Assembly (NCBI GenBank): GCA_964291655.2 | Contig: OZ219801.1 | Location: 160,001-224,000 of the forward strand | Direction of reading: 5' to 3' | DNA length: 64,000 bases | Source of the DNA: Chloroflexota bacterium | GTDB taxonomy: Bacteria > Chloroflexota > UBA11872 > VXOZ01 | Shown: positions 38,901 to 48,599 of the stretch, one piece after another | Numbering within the stretch: the first letter of the stretch is position 1 | Layout of the letters: the number at the start of each line of letters is the position of its first letter | Position numbers and translations under genes: made by a program | Notes under the pieces: generated by a model | Seen by the model: only the letters and a program-made list of their open reading frames with translations | What the model was told of the DNA's origin: nothing | Databases searched by the model: none

Positions 38901-40496
38901 GCGAGAATTCGCCATGCCATTCCCGGCATTCCGCTCATCTCGCCACCACCCCATCACGACATCTATTCGATCGAGGACATTGCCCAGCTAATATACGATT
39001 TGAAGCAGGTGAATCCACGGGCGCACGTTGGCGTAAAGCTTGTCTCAGAGGCTGGTGTCGGCACCGTGGCAGTTGGCGTAGCCAAGGCCTACGCGGACTA
39101 CGTGCTCATATCGGGACAGGATGGCGGCACGGGTGCCTCGCCATTGAGTTCCATCAAGAATGGCGGCTTGCCCTGGGAACTGGGTCTGGCCGAAACCCAG
39201 CAGACCCTCGTGCGCAATAACCTTCGCTCGCGCATCCGCGTGCGCGTGGACGGCGGCTTCAAGACCGGTCGCGATGTAGTGGTCGGAGCGATGCTTGGCG
39301 GCGAAGAGTTCGGGTTTGCCACTGGCAGTTTGGTGGCGATCGGCTGCGACATGGCGCGCCAGTGCCACCTGAATACCTGCCCCACCGGCGTTGCCACACA
39401 GCGGGAGGACTTGCGTGAGAAATTCACCGGCACACCGGAGATGCTCGTCAATTACATGACGCTGATCGCCGGGGAAGTGCGCGAGATTCTGGCTAGCCTG
39501 GGCTTTCGCACGCTGGATGAGGTTATCGGGCGAACCGACATGCTCCGCCAACGAGAACTCTCCGAGGAATCCAAAGCAAATACTATAGACCTTCTTCCTC
39601 TCTTGGCCGATGTCGACCCAGACAGGGCCCTCCCTCGCTCTTCCCAACAGGAGTGGAATAACCTCTCTGGCTCCACGCTCGATGACGTGATCTTGCAGGA
39701 TGCCGCCAGCGGCATTGCTGGTGAGCGAAGGGTAAGTCTTGAGTATAAAGTGCAGAACGACATGCGCAGCATCGGTGCTCGGGTCGCGGGGGCTATTGCT
39801 GACAAGCACAGCGATGCCGGCCTCAGCGCAGGATCAGTCGCGTTGAATTTCGACGGCAGCGCCGGTCAGTCCTTTGGCGCCTTCTGCGTGCCCGGCATGA
39901 CGTTGACCCTGCACGGCGAGGCCCAAGACTATGTTGGCAAGTGCATGACCGGCGGCGAAATCGTCATTGCTCCTTCACCACAGGCCAACATGCCCCCAGA
40001 CAAGAACGTCCTCATAGGCAATACCTGTCTCTATGGGGCCACTGGCGGTTCTCTTTTTGTAGCCGGTCAAGCCGGGGAGCGATTTGCCGTGCGCAACAGC
40101 GGTGCGGAAGCGGTAGTAGAGGGCGCAGGGGACCACTGCTGCGAGTATATGACCCGAGGTGTTGTGGCCGTTCTAGGAGAATTAGGGTACAACTTTGGGG
40201 CGGGCATGGCGGCCGGCATCGCCTTCGTGCTGGATGAGCATAACAGTTTCTCTCGTCGGTATAATCCGGAAATGGTGGACATCGAACCTCTGACAGACGG
40301 AGAAGATATCAGTACGCTGCGCCACCTGCTGGAGCGACATGTTGCCGTAACCGGCAGTCCTCGCGGCAAGGCAATCCTGGACGACTTTGGCCACTACCTG
40401 CCCAAGTTTTGGAAAGTGTTCCCGAAACCGCTCCGAGCATTGATGGAACAAGACGTAGATGTAGAATCACAGGTCGAGGCCGGGGCAGCAGGCTGA
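35949..40496 (+). CDS. gltB: Glutamate synthase large subunit
   Basis: DSCGVGF (catalytic Cys), HRGA, HNGEIN, FAQVTNPPID, SNTGEGGE, IKMAQGSKPGEGGQLP, CDMARQCHLNTCPTGV [3Fe-4S], GXGXG C-terminal domain. Start ATG 35949 preferred over 35877. Confidence 0.97.
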   Translation: MSLSISPDSDSPVQSTQPAGLYRPEFEFDSCGVGFVASISGIPDNKVLQTAIDSVVGLSHRGAVSADGRTGDGAGILTQIPRRLVQRELAAREIFHVSSSDVGIGMVYLPQAGATTNAQAVEIVNNVLEELGISLLTWRPVPVDVSALGVIAAQSAPDIWQVLVQRPDGMDDIAFERALYVARRSIQGAANRAGIDELYLPSFSHRTVVYKALIIAAQLPEFYQDLKDPDYETALAVFHQRYSSNTFPTWQLAQPFRLLAHNGEINTLWGNRNWTRAREQSMIAAAWDERVGAGIPFIEPDGSDSASLDNLAELIYLSGRDILHTLAMMMPEAWENNEDMDPDLRAFHAYHAGVTEPWEGPASLAFTDGRIAAACLDRIGLRPARYKVTRSGMVILASEASASVVPDSEVIEKGRLGPGEMLAVDTENKCLLTDKDIKERLAKRAPYRTWLSEQRKRAQDSVPKLEDSLDFDQDSLGTLHRVFGYSNEELRVVLDPMGKEGKDAVWSMGNDIPLAVLSSQPRSFFNYFKQRFAQVTNPPIDSLRESLVMSLRSYIGGRGNLLIESPEHAHLLEYDSPLLDHGQFRDLVHQYDSSFSSIMLSTLYPVAQGQAGMEEALSRLCRHAEKSIDNGRTVLILSDLGVGVDHAPIPILLAASAVHQHLARARKRMQASIVVESGEVWDIHHFACLLGHGVGFVYPYLALETIRHIAETDRRQTVDPLTAWQNYRTAVDDGLLKIMSKMGICTLSGYRGAQIFEIVGLNSRLSSYYFTGTPSRIEGLGLGEIAAEVANRHVEAFAERKNGRLPDYGLYRFRRNGEFHAYSPATVKALQQAALTGDREDYRRYAEMVHTRPPTSLRDLLEFAPSGPIPLEEVEPVESIRRRFTTQAMSLGALSPEAHKAIAIAMNRIGGRSNTGEGGEDPQWYKPLPNGESANCAVKQVASARFGVTTEYLVRARELEIKMAQGSKPGEGGQLPGFKVTPFIARIRHAIPGIPLISPPPHHDIYSIEDIAQLIYDLKQVNPRAHVGVKLVSEAGVGTVAVGVAKAYADYVLISGQDGGTGASPLSSIKNGGLPWELGLAETQQTLVRNNLRSRIRVRVDGGFKTGRDVVVGAMLGGEEFGFATGSLVAIGCDMARQCHLNTCPTGVATQREDLREKFTGTPEMLVNYMTLIAGEVREILASLGFRTLDEVIGRTDMLRQRELSEESKANTIDLLPLLADVDPDRALPRSSQQEWNNLSGSTLDDVILQDAASGIAGERRVSLEYKVQNDMRSIGARVAGAIADKHSDAGLSAGSVALNFDGSAGQSFGAFCVPGMTLTLHGEAQDYVGKCMTGGEIVIAPSPQANMPPDKNVLIGNTCLYGATGGSLFVAGQAGERFAVRNSGAEAVVEGAGDHCCEYMTRGVVAVLGELGYNFGAGMAAGIAFVLDEHNSFSRRYNPEMVDIEPLTDGEDISTLRHLLERHVAVTGSPRGKAILDDFGHYLPKFWKVFPKPLRALMEQDVDVESQVEAGAAG

Positions 40497-40821
40497 CGGC
40501 AACTAGCCAAGTGCGCCTTCCTCCGGGGTTTTGCGGGCAGCCCAGTATTTTGCCTTAGGACTGAGCCGGAGTGCTCTCCTGCTTTTCTTGCGCATTCTTC
40601 TGCGGCAAGGGCCGTGCAGCCCCGGTTGGCATAGTCTTTTTGCGGCATGCCCATCCAGCCCGCACCACGAAGTTCAGACTGACACACACGCCCTTTCTTG
40701 GGCAAGTCAAACGGTTCTGTGCTACAATATGAGCGGCATGTGTACGCTAGCAAGCAGACGCAAAGAGGCCACGTAGCTGAGTCCCAAAATCAACGCAATG
40801 GAAACGTGAGGCTGTCCCCCA

Positions 40822-42018
40822 ATGGAAGGAATCGAGTACCGTGAGATGCAGCCAGACGATGTTTTCAGCGCGTTAGCACTCCGAAATGAGGTTTTCCCAG
40901 ACGCACCGGTAGCACAGGAAAACTGGGAACAAGATGAAATGCTGGCATCCATCGCCGTTCTCGAAGGAGAGGTGGTAGGTGCCATTCCCCTGGTACTGCG
41001 CGAGACAGTTATCGCGCCCGGCGTGACGATCACGGCAGCATTTGAGAATTCAGTGGGCACGCGTGAAGAGCTCCGCAGCCAAGGCATCGGCACGGGCATG
41101 ATTGAGAGTGCACGCGAATTCCTGACCGGCCGCGCCGATGCCCTTTTTGTCTATCGTGGCGATGAGCGTAGCGACGGATACCGCTTCTATGCCACCACCA
41201 ACCACTACGACCTACTCTATTCGCGCCACTATGGCTATGGCTCGCCGGAGACCAGTTACCTGCCGCCCGGTGTTACCTTAGCCGGCAAAGAATCCATCTA
41301 CCTCAACATGGAACGCCTGGAAGCGATATTCGATAGCACCTACGGACGATTTGGCGGCTACCCGCAGCGCCGAGGGGACTATTGGCAACGTGCGCTGGCT
41401 TCCTCGATTTACACGGAGTTTCCCACCGACATCTCTTTTGTTCATATCATTCAAAGCGATGAACTCTTGGGGTATGCAATTTGTGGCGCCCGCACAACTC
41501 GGCACGACGGCATGGCAAATGTGCTGGAGATGGCAACGCTCGGGGGAGATCTGAGCATCGCTCAGCGTATTCTCACAGGTATTGCGTCTGTTGCCGGCGA
41601 ACGCAAGCTGGGCGTGGACATGCAGGCGTCTGACGAAGACCCTTTCCTACCTCTTTACCAGTCGAACGGCTTCATTCCGGAATCCCGCGGTACGATCATC
41701 ATGGGGCAAGTCATCGACGTTCCCAGCTTCTTTGAAAAGCACTGGAGCGAGCGCTTCGACATTTACAACACGGCGCTCGTCGTTTCCACGCCGAAGGATG
41801 ACTACACGCTCATCGAGCCAGAGACACGTCAGTGTACTCTGACGTTGGAGATGAAAGAAGAGTCGCTTCACCGTTGGCTGCTCGGCCGGCTGGACCTGCG
41901 CGCACGCCTCTCCGAGGGAAGCGTGACCGCGTATGGCGCAAATGGCCCAGTAATCGAGCGGGTCTGCGACGCAATTACTTTCTCGCCGTGGGCGTACCAC
42001 TTTATTGACTGGATTTAG
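40822..42018 (+). CDS. GNAT family N-acetyltransferase, Eis-like layout
   Basis: VGTREELRSQGIGTGM acetyl-CoA motif A, YRFY, second GNAT-like domain, SCP2-like tail. Confidence 0.8.
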   Translation: MEGIEYREMQPDDVFSALALRNEVFPDAPVAQENWEQDEMLASIAVLEGEVVGAIPLVLRETVIAPGVTITAAFENSVGTREELRSQGIGTGMIESAREFLTGRADALFVYRGDERSDGYRFYATTNHYDLLYSRHYGYGSPETSYLPPGVTLAGKESIYLNMERLEAIFDSTYGRFGGYPQRRGDYWQRALASSIYTEFPTDISFVHIIQSDELLGYAICGARTTRHDGMANVLEMATLGGDLSIAQRILTGIASVAGERKLGVDMQASDEDPFLPLYQSNGFIPESRGTIIMGQVIDVPSFFEKHWSERFDIYNTALVVSTPKDDYTLIEPETRQCTLTLEMKEESLHRWLLGRLDLRARLSEGSVTAYGANGPVIERVCDAITFSPWAYHFIDWI

Positions 42019-42307
42019 CGCCAAGACCCAAGCACGCAATTGATGGATGTTTCGCGCTCTGTCCGTCAGTCCATACACCCAGGATTCGGCTGTCGAGACG
42101 AGATGGCATGGAGGGCAGCGACTTTCACGCTCGACGGGCCAGGTGCTTGGAGCGTCTCAGTTGTACCCAGAAACCGGCGGAAACGTGCCGGTATCCGATG
42201 GGGTACGATTGCCGCCACTTCCCGGTATCCACCCTGCGTTGCATCCTGCATAGGACGTGAATTAGTGTGATCGACGAACCTTCTATGAGGAACCTGAGGT
42301 CCGACCC

Positions 42308-43525
42308 ATGAGTTCGAAAGTGGACTGGAAAGAGCACCCTGCCGTCGTCGTCTGGAGTGATGACTGGGGCATGAATGCTTGGGCGCCAACCGAGGAAGCA
42401 TACAACGCTACTAGGCACGAGGAACTCATGCAGACGCGTTGGTCGTCGGGAAGTTTGGAATCACCGGCAGACCTTGAGCGCACGTTTCAATTGCTGGAGG
42501 CACATCGCAGCGGCGACGGCCAGCCAATTGTCTTTGAGCCCTACTACATCGTGGGCAGCCCGGACTACGACGCCATCCGCGCGGCAGAATTTCGCCATTA
42601 TGTGGATATTGGCCTCGACCAGGGAGTTTCACAAGGCTGGGAGAGGGGCGATATCGTCACCAAAGCGAGAGAGGGCATCGAGCGCGGCGTGTGGGCGCCA
42701 CAATATCACGGCAGGACCCACCACTTCAGTCACCATCGCTGGCTCAAGCGACTGCGGGAGGACGATGCCAGGGCACACCGGATGTTCGCACACCTTATGT
42801 ACGTTTGCGAGACCGTGCAAGAGCGCGTGCCGGAGCATGAAGACATGGCGGAGCCGGAGCGCAAAGAGTGGGTACGCGGCGCCATGAGCTATTTCATTCG
42901 CGCCTTCGGCTATCCACCTGCCAGCGTGCGCAATTCGGACGAGGCAGAGATTGCCTGGGCTACGCAAGGCATTGGGATTAGGGTCGGAGTTTCAGATCGC
43001 GAAGGAGAGGATCAAACCGGCAAGACCTCCCCGCTTGCCGACCTCTGGTACGCGGGAAAGGCCCTTAACTTTGAGCCGTTCCAGACTGCGGATCAGGAAG
43101 ACATTCTTGCCCGCGTCCAAGCAGAAACTACCGCAGCTTGGGAGGCCAATCTACCGGCATTCATTAGCAGCCATCGCCGCAACTTTACCGCATTTACGGA
43201 CGACGTGGACAATAACTTCGCGGTATGGGATTCGTACCTCTCGTGGCTCGAAACACGGCATCCCGCAAACGTCTTTCTCACCATGCCTGAAGTGCGCCAA
43301 CTCTGGGGGACCGGCGCGTCGTCACGTCGCTACGGCAACACAATCATCTTCCGCAACTGGACGGACAAGGAACAGACGATGACGTGCCGCGCTGCTACCC
43401 ATGAAGTCGTGGAAGACGTGCACTGCGCCGACAATGAGTCTGCTATTTCAGTTTCCAGCGGTGGTGGAAAGCACATCCTGGTTGCCCCCCATGGGAACTA
43501 TTGTGTCACCGTAGCTTCTCGTTAA
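42308..43525 (+). CDS. Hypothetical protein, possibly polysaccharide deacetylase-like
   Basis: VVVWSDDWG, PQYHGRTH (HxxxH), ISSH, FLTM resemble NodB/CE4-like metal-binding motifs. Confidence 0.55.
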   Translation: MSSKVDWKEHPAVVVWSDDWGMNAWAPTEEAYNATRHEELMQTRWSSGSLESPADLERTFQLLEAHRSGDGQPIVFEPYYIVGSPDYDAIRAAEFRHYVDIGLDQGVSQGWERGDIVTKAREGIERGVWAPQYHGRTHHFSHHRWLKRLREDDARAHRMFAHLMYVCETVQERVPEHEDMAEPERKEWVRGAMSYFIRAFGYPPASVRNSDEAEIAWATQGIGIRVGVSDREGEDQTGKTSPLADLWYAGKALNFEPFQTADQEDILARVQAETTAAWEANLPAFISSHRRNFTAFTDDVDNNFAVWDSYLSWLETRHPANVFLTMPEVRQLWGTGASSRRYGNTIIFRNWTDKEQTMTCRAATHEVVEDVHCADNESAISVSSGGGKHILVAPHGNYCVTVASR

Positions 43526-43598
43526 TCCCCTGCTCCGCGCGGGGCGAGCGTTCACGGCGATTTCGAGCCTATTCCGATCTTTGGGAGGTACACGCATA

Positions 43599-44900
43599 GT
43601 GAGAAGTATTACCCGCTCCGAGCAACTTTGGCAGCGCGCCAGAAAGCATCTTGCCGGCGGCGTGAGCAGCAATATTCGCTTGCAGGAGCGGCCCGCGCCC
43701 CTCTACTTCAGCCATGGCGAGGGATCCCGCCTGTTCGACGTGGACGGCAATGAGTACATAGACTACGTTGCCGCATACGGGCCTCTCATTCTGGGTCATA
43801 GCCACCCTGAACTAGTAGAAGCCGTCCAGCGCCAAGTAGCCTTGGGCCAGACTTACGGCGGACAGCATGAGATCGAGGTTGAGGTCGCTGAGAAGATTTG
43901 CGCGCTGATGCCGGCGATGGATGTCGTGCGCTTTTGCGGCAGCGGTTCCGAAGCCAACCATGCGCTCTTTCGACTCGCCCGCGCCTACACCGGCCGCACG
44001 AAGATAGTGCGCTTTGAAGGCCACTACCATGGATGGCTCGACGACCAGCTCATCAGCGATCATCCTCATTCGGCGGAAACAGCCGGAGAGTTGCCGTTTC
44101 CCCATGCCGTGCTTGGCAGCAACGGGCAGCTTCCCCACGCAGCCGGCGAGACCCTGGTGCTCCCATGGAATGACCTGGAGGCCTTTACGGACCTCATGGA
44201 GCGTGAAGGGCAGAACGTGGCCTGCGTCATCACTGAGCCAATCATGTGCAATGGCGGCTTCATCCTTCCCAAGCCGGGGTTCTTGGAAGGTATACGAGAA
44301 ATTTGCACGCGCAATGAAGCCCTGCTCATTTTCGACGAGGTCATCACTGGTTTCCGCGCAGACCTCCACGGCGCGCAGGGGCTGCTGGGCATAACGCCGG
44401 ACCTCGTAACGCTAGGCAAAGCCATCGCGAATGGCTTTCCACTGAGCGTCTTTGGAGGACGCCGCGACATCATGCAGCTCGTGGGCAGTGGGGTCATGCA
44501 CGGCGGCACCTATAACGGCAACCCCATCACACTGGCCGCCGCCAATGCCACTCTTGACGTGCTCTCCCGAGACAATGGCGCAGTCTACGACGACATTCGC
44601 AAGATTGGCCGAAGCCTCATGGATGGCATCCGGCAAGCAGCGCAGCAGGCCGGTCAATCGGTGTTGGTGCAAGGGATCGGCCCGGTCTTCTTTGCCTGGT
44701 TCACAGAACGGCAGGAACTGACGAGCTTCCGTGACAATTGGGACAGCGATGAAGATCGATACGCTGCGTTCCAAGGAAACTTGATAGGTCACGGCGTACG
44801 TACGATACCCTCCGGTCGCTGGTACGTGTCTGCCGCCCACACTGCAGAAGACGTGCGCCAAACGGTCGACGCGGTGGCGCAGGCGCTGCAAGAAGCATAG
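43599..44900 (+). CDS. Class III PLP aminotransferase (glutamate-1-semialdehyde aminomutase-like)
   Basis: AGGVSSNIR, DVDGNEYIDY, FEGHYHG, LIFDEVITGFR, TLGKAIANG, HGGTYNGNP; GTG start after GGAGG. Confidence 0.9.
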   Translation: MRSITRSEQLWQRARKHLAGGVSSNIRLQERPAPLYFSHGEGSRLFDVDGNEYIDYVAAYGPLILGHSHPELVEAVQRQVALGQTYGGQHEIEVEVAEKICALMPAMDVVRFCGSGSEANHALFRLARAYTGRTKIVRFEGHYHGWLDDQLISDHPHSAETAGELPFPHAVLGSNGQLPHAAGETLVLPWNDLEAFTDLMEREGQNVACVITEPIMCNGGFILPKPGFLEGIREICTRNEALLIFDEVITGFRADLHGAQGLLGITPDLVTLGKAIANGFPLSVFGGRRDIMQLVGSGVMHGGTYNGNPITLAAANATLDVLSRDNGAVYDDIRKIGRSLMDGIRQAAQQAGQSVLVQGIGPVFFAWFTERQELTSFRDNWDSDEDRYAAFQGNLIGHGVRTIPSGRWYVSAAHTAEDVRQTVDAVAQALQEA

Positions 44901-45028
44901 CGCCTAGAGCATGGGTCTAATCAAAAGTATAGGAATGGCAGTCATGCTCCCTTGGTTACTACGCGAATGAAATGTAACGCCGAGGGAGATTCCTCGCTTG
45001 GCCACTCTCCAAACAACTCAATCAAAGA

Positions 45029-45118
45029 TGGATTCCGGATTTCGCCGGAACAACGGAGGACGGGCCGCTGCGGGTGAGAAGGACACCCGGTGGGCACAGG
45101 TCTGAGTCTCTGCCCCCT
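45029..45118 (+). repeat. Degenerate composite of the two repeat types seen at 3263-3339
   Basis: TGGATTCCGGATTTCGCCGGAACAACGG followed by GTGGGCACAGGTCTGAGTCTCTGCCCCC. Confidence 0.5.
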
Positions 45119-45227
45119 GCAAGCTTGGCAAACACACATAGCAACAATTCTGAAGAGCTGGCCGTGCTTCCCCAGTGTGGCTCGGCTGGCGTTATGCAAA
45201 GAACCGCCTGGATAGGAGTGATTATTA

Positions 45228-45989
45228 ATGCCAGAGCTTCTTGTCGGTAAGAACGCCATCGTAACCGGCGCTGCCAGCGGTATCGGGCAAGCCATCGCCC
45301 TTGCCTTCCTGCGTGAGGGAGCGAATGTGCTCGGCGCCGACCTCAATGAGGAGGGACTTGAGGAGACCGCTCAGCGTGCAACTGAGCACTCCTCGCTGTT
45401 CGTTGCACACAAGTGCAACGTAACGCAGCGGGCTGATGTGGAACGGACGGTAGCGCGGGCGGTGGAAGACTTCGGCCACCTTGACATCATGGCCGCAATC
45501 GCCGGCATTGCCACGGAGCACGACTTCACAGACATCACGGATGAAGATTGGCACCGGGTTACCGATGTCAATTTGCACGGTGTCTTTCTCTGCGATCAGG
45601 TCGCCGCCCGTCAGATGGTCAAACAGGGCCATGGCGGCCGTATCGTCAACATGTCCTCGGTAAACGGCCTCATGGGAGAAGAGGAGTTAGCCGCGTACAA
45701 CACTTCCAAGGGCGGCGTGACGCTCCTCACCAAGAGCGCGGCCATCGACCTGGCCAAACACGAGATTACGGTGAACTGCCTTGCGCCGGGCTATATTCGC
45801 ACACCGCTTACGGAAGAGAGCATTGAGGACAGCGCTTGGATCAACGAGTACTTGAAGCGTGTCCCCTACCGCCGGGTGGGAGAACCGGAAGAGGTGGCCG
45901 ACTGTGCGGTGTTCCTCGCGAGCGATCTCAGCCGCTATGTTACCGGCCACGCGCTGGTGGTTGATGGCGGGCAGATCGCCGTGATCTAG
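45228..45989 (+). CDS. SDR family NAD(P)-dependent oxidoreductase
   Basis: VTGAASGIG, NMSS, YNTSK (YxxxK), PGYIRT, VDGG. Confidence 0.94.
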   Translation: MPELLVGKNAIVTGAASGIGQAIALAFLREGANVLGADLNEEGLEETAQRATEHSSLFVAHKCNVTQRADVERTVARAVEDFGHLDIMAAIAGIATEHDFTDITDEDWHRVTDVNLHGVFLCDQVAARQMVKQGHGGRIVNMSSVNGLMGEEELAAYNTSKGGVTLLTKSAAIDLAKHEITVNCLAPGYIRTPLTEESIEDSAWINEYLKRVPYRRVGEPEEVADCAVFLASDLSRYVTGHALVVDGGQIAVI

Positions 45990-46033
45990 ACTCCAAGACC
46001 TTCTGTACAATCCATGTCATCGATCATCAAGTA

Positions 46034-46077
46034 ATGCCTTCAGTGTGAATTCCAGTTGAAAGACACACTGAAGGCAT
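46034..46077. terminator. Stem-loop between convergent genes, probable bidirectional terminator
   Basis: 14-bp perfect stem ATGCCTTCAGTGTG/CACACTGAAGGCAT. Confidence 0.65.
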
Positions 46078-46173
46078 CGTTTGTTGTCTAGACTAAGCTA
46101 CCCCATCGCAACGGGCCCAAGACCTCACACACTCGCCCACTAGAGACCCACGTGCGCCCTGCACTGCTGCCAA

Positions 46174-46983
46174 TCAGGCTTGCGGCCCGGGGTGGAAGTC
46201 ACGCTGCGGCCGGATTTCGCGGGCGCGAAACTCCTCCAAGAATGCGGCAGTCCGATTAACCGCAGCCTTGTAGAGGACTTCGCCTTTCTCGGCGCTGGCG
46301 CCGGTAGGATCGCCCTGAATGCCCGTTGAAGTATTGCGGCTGAAGAACTCCTGGTAGTGTATGCGCGTGTTGGCCGGCCATGCACCCCAGATGTGCTCGC
46401 TCTGCTGTACCTCCTCCACGGTGCGGACGGCCTTGCCCATGTCCACCAGGTGAGGATAGAGGTAGAGCATGAGAGAGGTCTCATCCTCGTCCGCGTGGTG
46501 GCTCACACCATGGGACTCACGGTCCCAGGTCAAGTCTTCGGCGCGAATGAGCGCCCAATAGTTGGCCAAGACACTGATCGCCGCGCTCTCATTGTTGATG
46601 CGGCGCATGGCGAGGTCCATTACGGGTACATTACTGCCGTGGCCGTTGAGGAGCACGATGTGCCGAAAGCCATGGTGTGCCAGGCTGAAGCCAATTTGCG
46701 CCACGTAATCGATGATCGTATACATATTGATGGCAATCGTGCCGGGAAAGTCCATGTGGTGTTCATTGAAAGAGTAGACAACCGGCGGCATCACAATGAC
46801 ATTCGGCGCCATTTGCACAGCCACGTCATTGGCAATGCGTTGCGGAATGATGTAGTCCACCATCAGCGGCATGTGCGGCCCATGTTGCTCCATGGTCCCT
46901 ACGGGCAGGACGACGACGGGGTCGTGCAGCGAGGCTTCGCCTACTTCAGGAGACTTGAGCTCTTCATAGCGAAAATTTCCCAT
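46174..46983 (-). CDS. Creatininase family amidohydrolase
   Basis: LPVGTMEQHGPHMPLMVD, HHMDFPGT, NGHGSN, HADEDETS, ASAEKG. Confidence 0.92.
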   Translation of the reverse strand: MGNFRYEELKSPEVGEASLHDPVVVLPVGTMEQHGPHMPLMVDYIIPQRIANDVAVQMAPNVIVMPPVVYSFNEHHMDFPGTIAINMYTIIDYVAQIGFSLAHHGFRHIVLLNGHGSNVPVMDLAMRRINNESAAISVLANYWALIRAEDLTWDRESHGVSHHADEDETSLMLYLYPHLVDMGKAVRTVEEVQQSEHIWGAWPANTRIHYQEFFSRNTSTGIQGDPTGASAEKGEVLYKAAVNRTAAFLEEFRAREIRPQRDFHPGPQA

Positions 46984-47077
46984 ACCACCAATCTTCCTCT
47001 CAAATTGCATTCAACTATTCAGTAGCAGCGTTCGCTGTTCGAATCAACATGCCTCTTCTACTTGTGGAACAGCATGG

Positions 47078-48148
47078 TCAGTCCACACGCGGAACCGTAA
47101 CCCACGAGCGGCTCTGGGAAGATTCAACCACCGCGTGGAGCACCTCTTGCGTCTTCAGTCCCTCGGTAAAGGTAGGTGTAATCTCGCGGTTTTCGCGAAC
47201 GGATTGGACGAAAGTCTCCATCTGTCTCATGCCGCCTGCCAAGAGCTGTCCTCCATGTCCTTTGTCCACCGTAGGCGGCGCACCGGGGATCGGCTCACCT
47301 TCCTGCCCCGGCAGGTAGAGCACTCCTTGGCCGTTCTCATAGAGGATGCCGCCATTGCGACCGTTGATCATGAAGTGCCGGCGGCCCACCGGGTAGTTGG
47401 AATGCACCGATCCGAGCCTGCTGAGGCCAAGAGTCCCGTGTGCGCCATTGGCGAGTTGCATCAGCACAATCGTGTCGTCGTCAAGGTCGTGCGGGTGAGG
47501 CGTGCCGTCATCACCGTAGACCTGCGGCGTGAATGTCTTCATGTTTGCGCAGACTTCGGTAATGTCGCCCACGAGGAAGTGCGCAAGATCGATGTGGTGA
47601 GATCCCAGGTCGCCCAAGATGCCGGTGCCGGTGCGCCTCGCGTCGGTGCGCCAGGTGAAGCGGGGTTTAGGTGACCGCACAAGCGCCGTATTGAGGCTCT
47701 GCCCATGCACGTGCACTACCTCCCCAATTACATCATCTTCGATGAGTTTGCGGATGTTGTTGGCCGCTATGTTCCAGCGATTTGAAAACCCCACCACCGT
47801 GCGAAGATTGGCCTGCTTTGCCGCCTCGTACATCTCCCGCGCCTCTTCAATCGTGACCGCCAGCGGCTTCTCGCAGAAAATGTGCTTTCCGGCACGTACG
47901 GAACGCATGACGAGATCATGGTGAAATGCGTCCGGCGCATCCACCAGTACTCCGTTGATTTCATCATGGGCAAGAAGCCGTGCGGGGTCCGCATATACGT
48001 TCTCTATGCCAAACTTGCCCGCAAACTCTCGCGCACCTTCCTCGCGAGGGCCGCATACGGCGACGAGTTCCACGCCGTCGATGTGCGCCAGACCCTCCGC
48101 ATGCACGTCTGCAATCATGCCGTAGCCAAAGACACCGAATTTCAGCAT
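47078..48148 (-). CDS. Gfo/Idh/MocA family oxidoreductase
   Basis: GVFGYGMIA, AGKHIFCEKP, GILGDLGSHHID. Confidence 0.93.
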   Translation of the reverse strand: MLKFGVFGYGMIADVHAEGLAHIDGVELVAVCGPREEGAREFAGKFGIENVYADPARLLAHDEINGVLVDAPDAFHHDLVMRSVRAGKHIFCEKPLAVTIEEAREMYEAAKQANLRTVVGFSNRWNIAANNIRKLIEDDVIGEVVHVHGQSLNTALVRSPKPRFTWRTDARRTGTGILGDLGSHHIDLAHFLVGDITEVCANMKTFTPQVYGDDGTPHPHDLDDDTIVLMQLANGAHGTLGLSRLGSVHSNYPVGRRHFMINGRNGGILYENGQGVLYLPGQEGEPIPGAPPTVDKGHGGQLLAGGMRQMETFVQSVRENREITPTFTEGLKTQEVLHAVVESSQSRSWVTVPRVD

Positions 48149-48599
48149 ACGATCGCGCCTTTCAAAGAACTTACACTTTACGTACGATCTTGCCTAAGGA
48201 AGGGAGAGCTTCAAGACCCACTGTGCTTGAATAGCGTCTCTGACCCTTCCTAGCACACAATCTTGCCAACGAGACCGCTGGCTTCCCAATGCACTCGTCG
48301 CACATGGAATGGCCACAAGCAAGACTTCTCTCGTCCCAGGTTGTCCTGTCCGGTTTCGCCCCGCTGAAGCGATTGCTGTTCTTGTCCTAGTGAAACAGAC
48401 CTCGTGAAGACGCGCAACTCATCGGCATGGCAGGCAGCACAACGCGATTATTGCGAGCTCTCGGCTGGCATCCCGGTGAAGTACCGCGGCGAGAGTACGG
48501 AAGAAGCGCCTCCCACTTGCCATCTAGCCCCCCTGTTGCGCACTTTTCCTCAGGCCGTACGACGTGGGAGGGCAGCAAGCAAGAGAAACAGCATCCAAT

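Noticed and set aside
43599-44900. Naming the aminotransferase hemL
   Set aside because: No tetrapyrrole genes nearby and the motifs fit the wider GSA-like class III group; symbol withheld.
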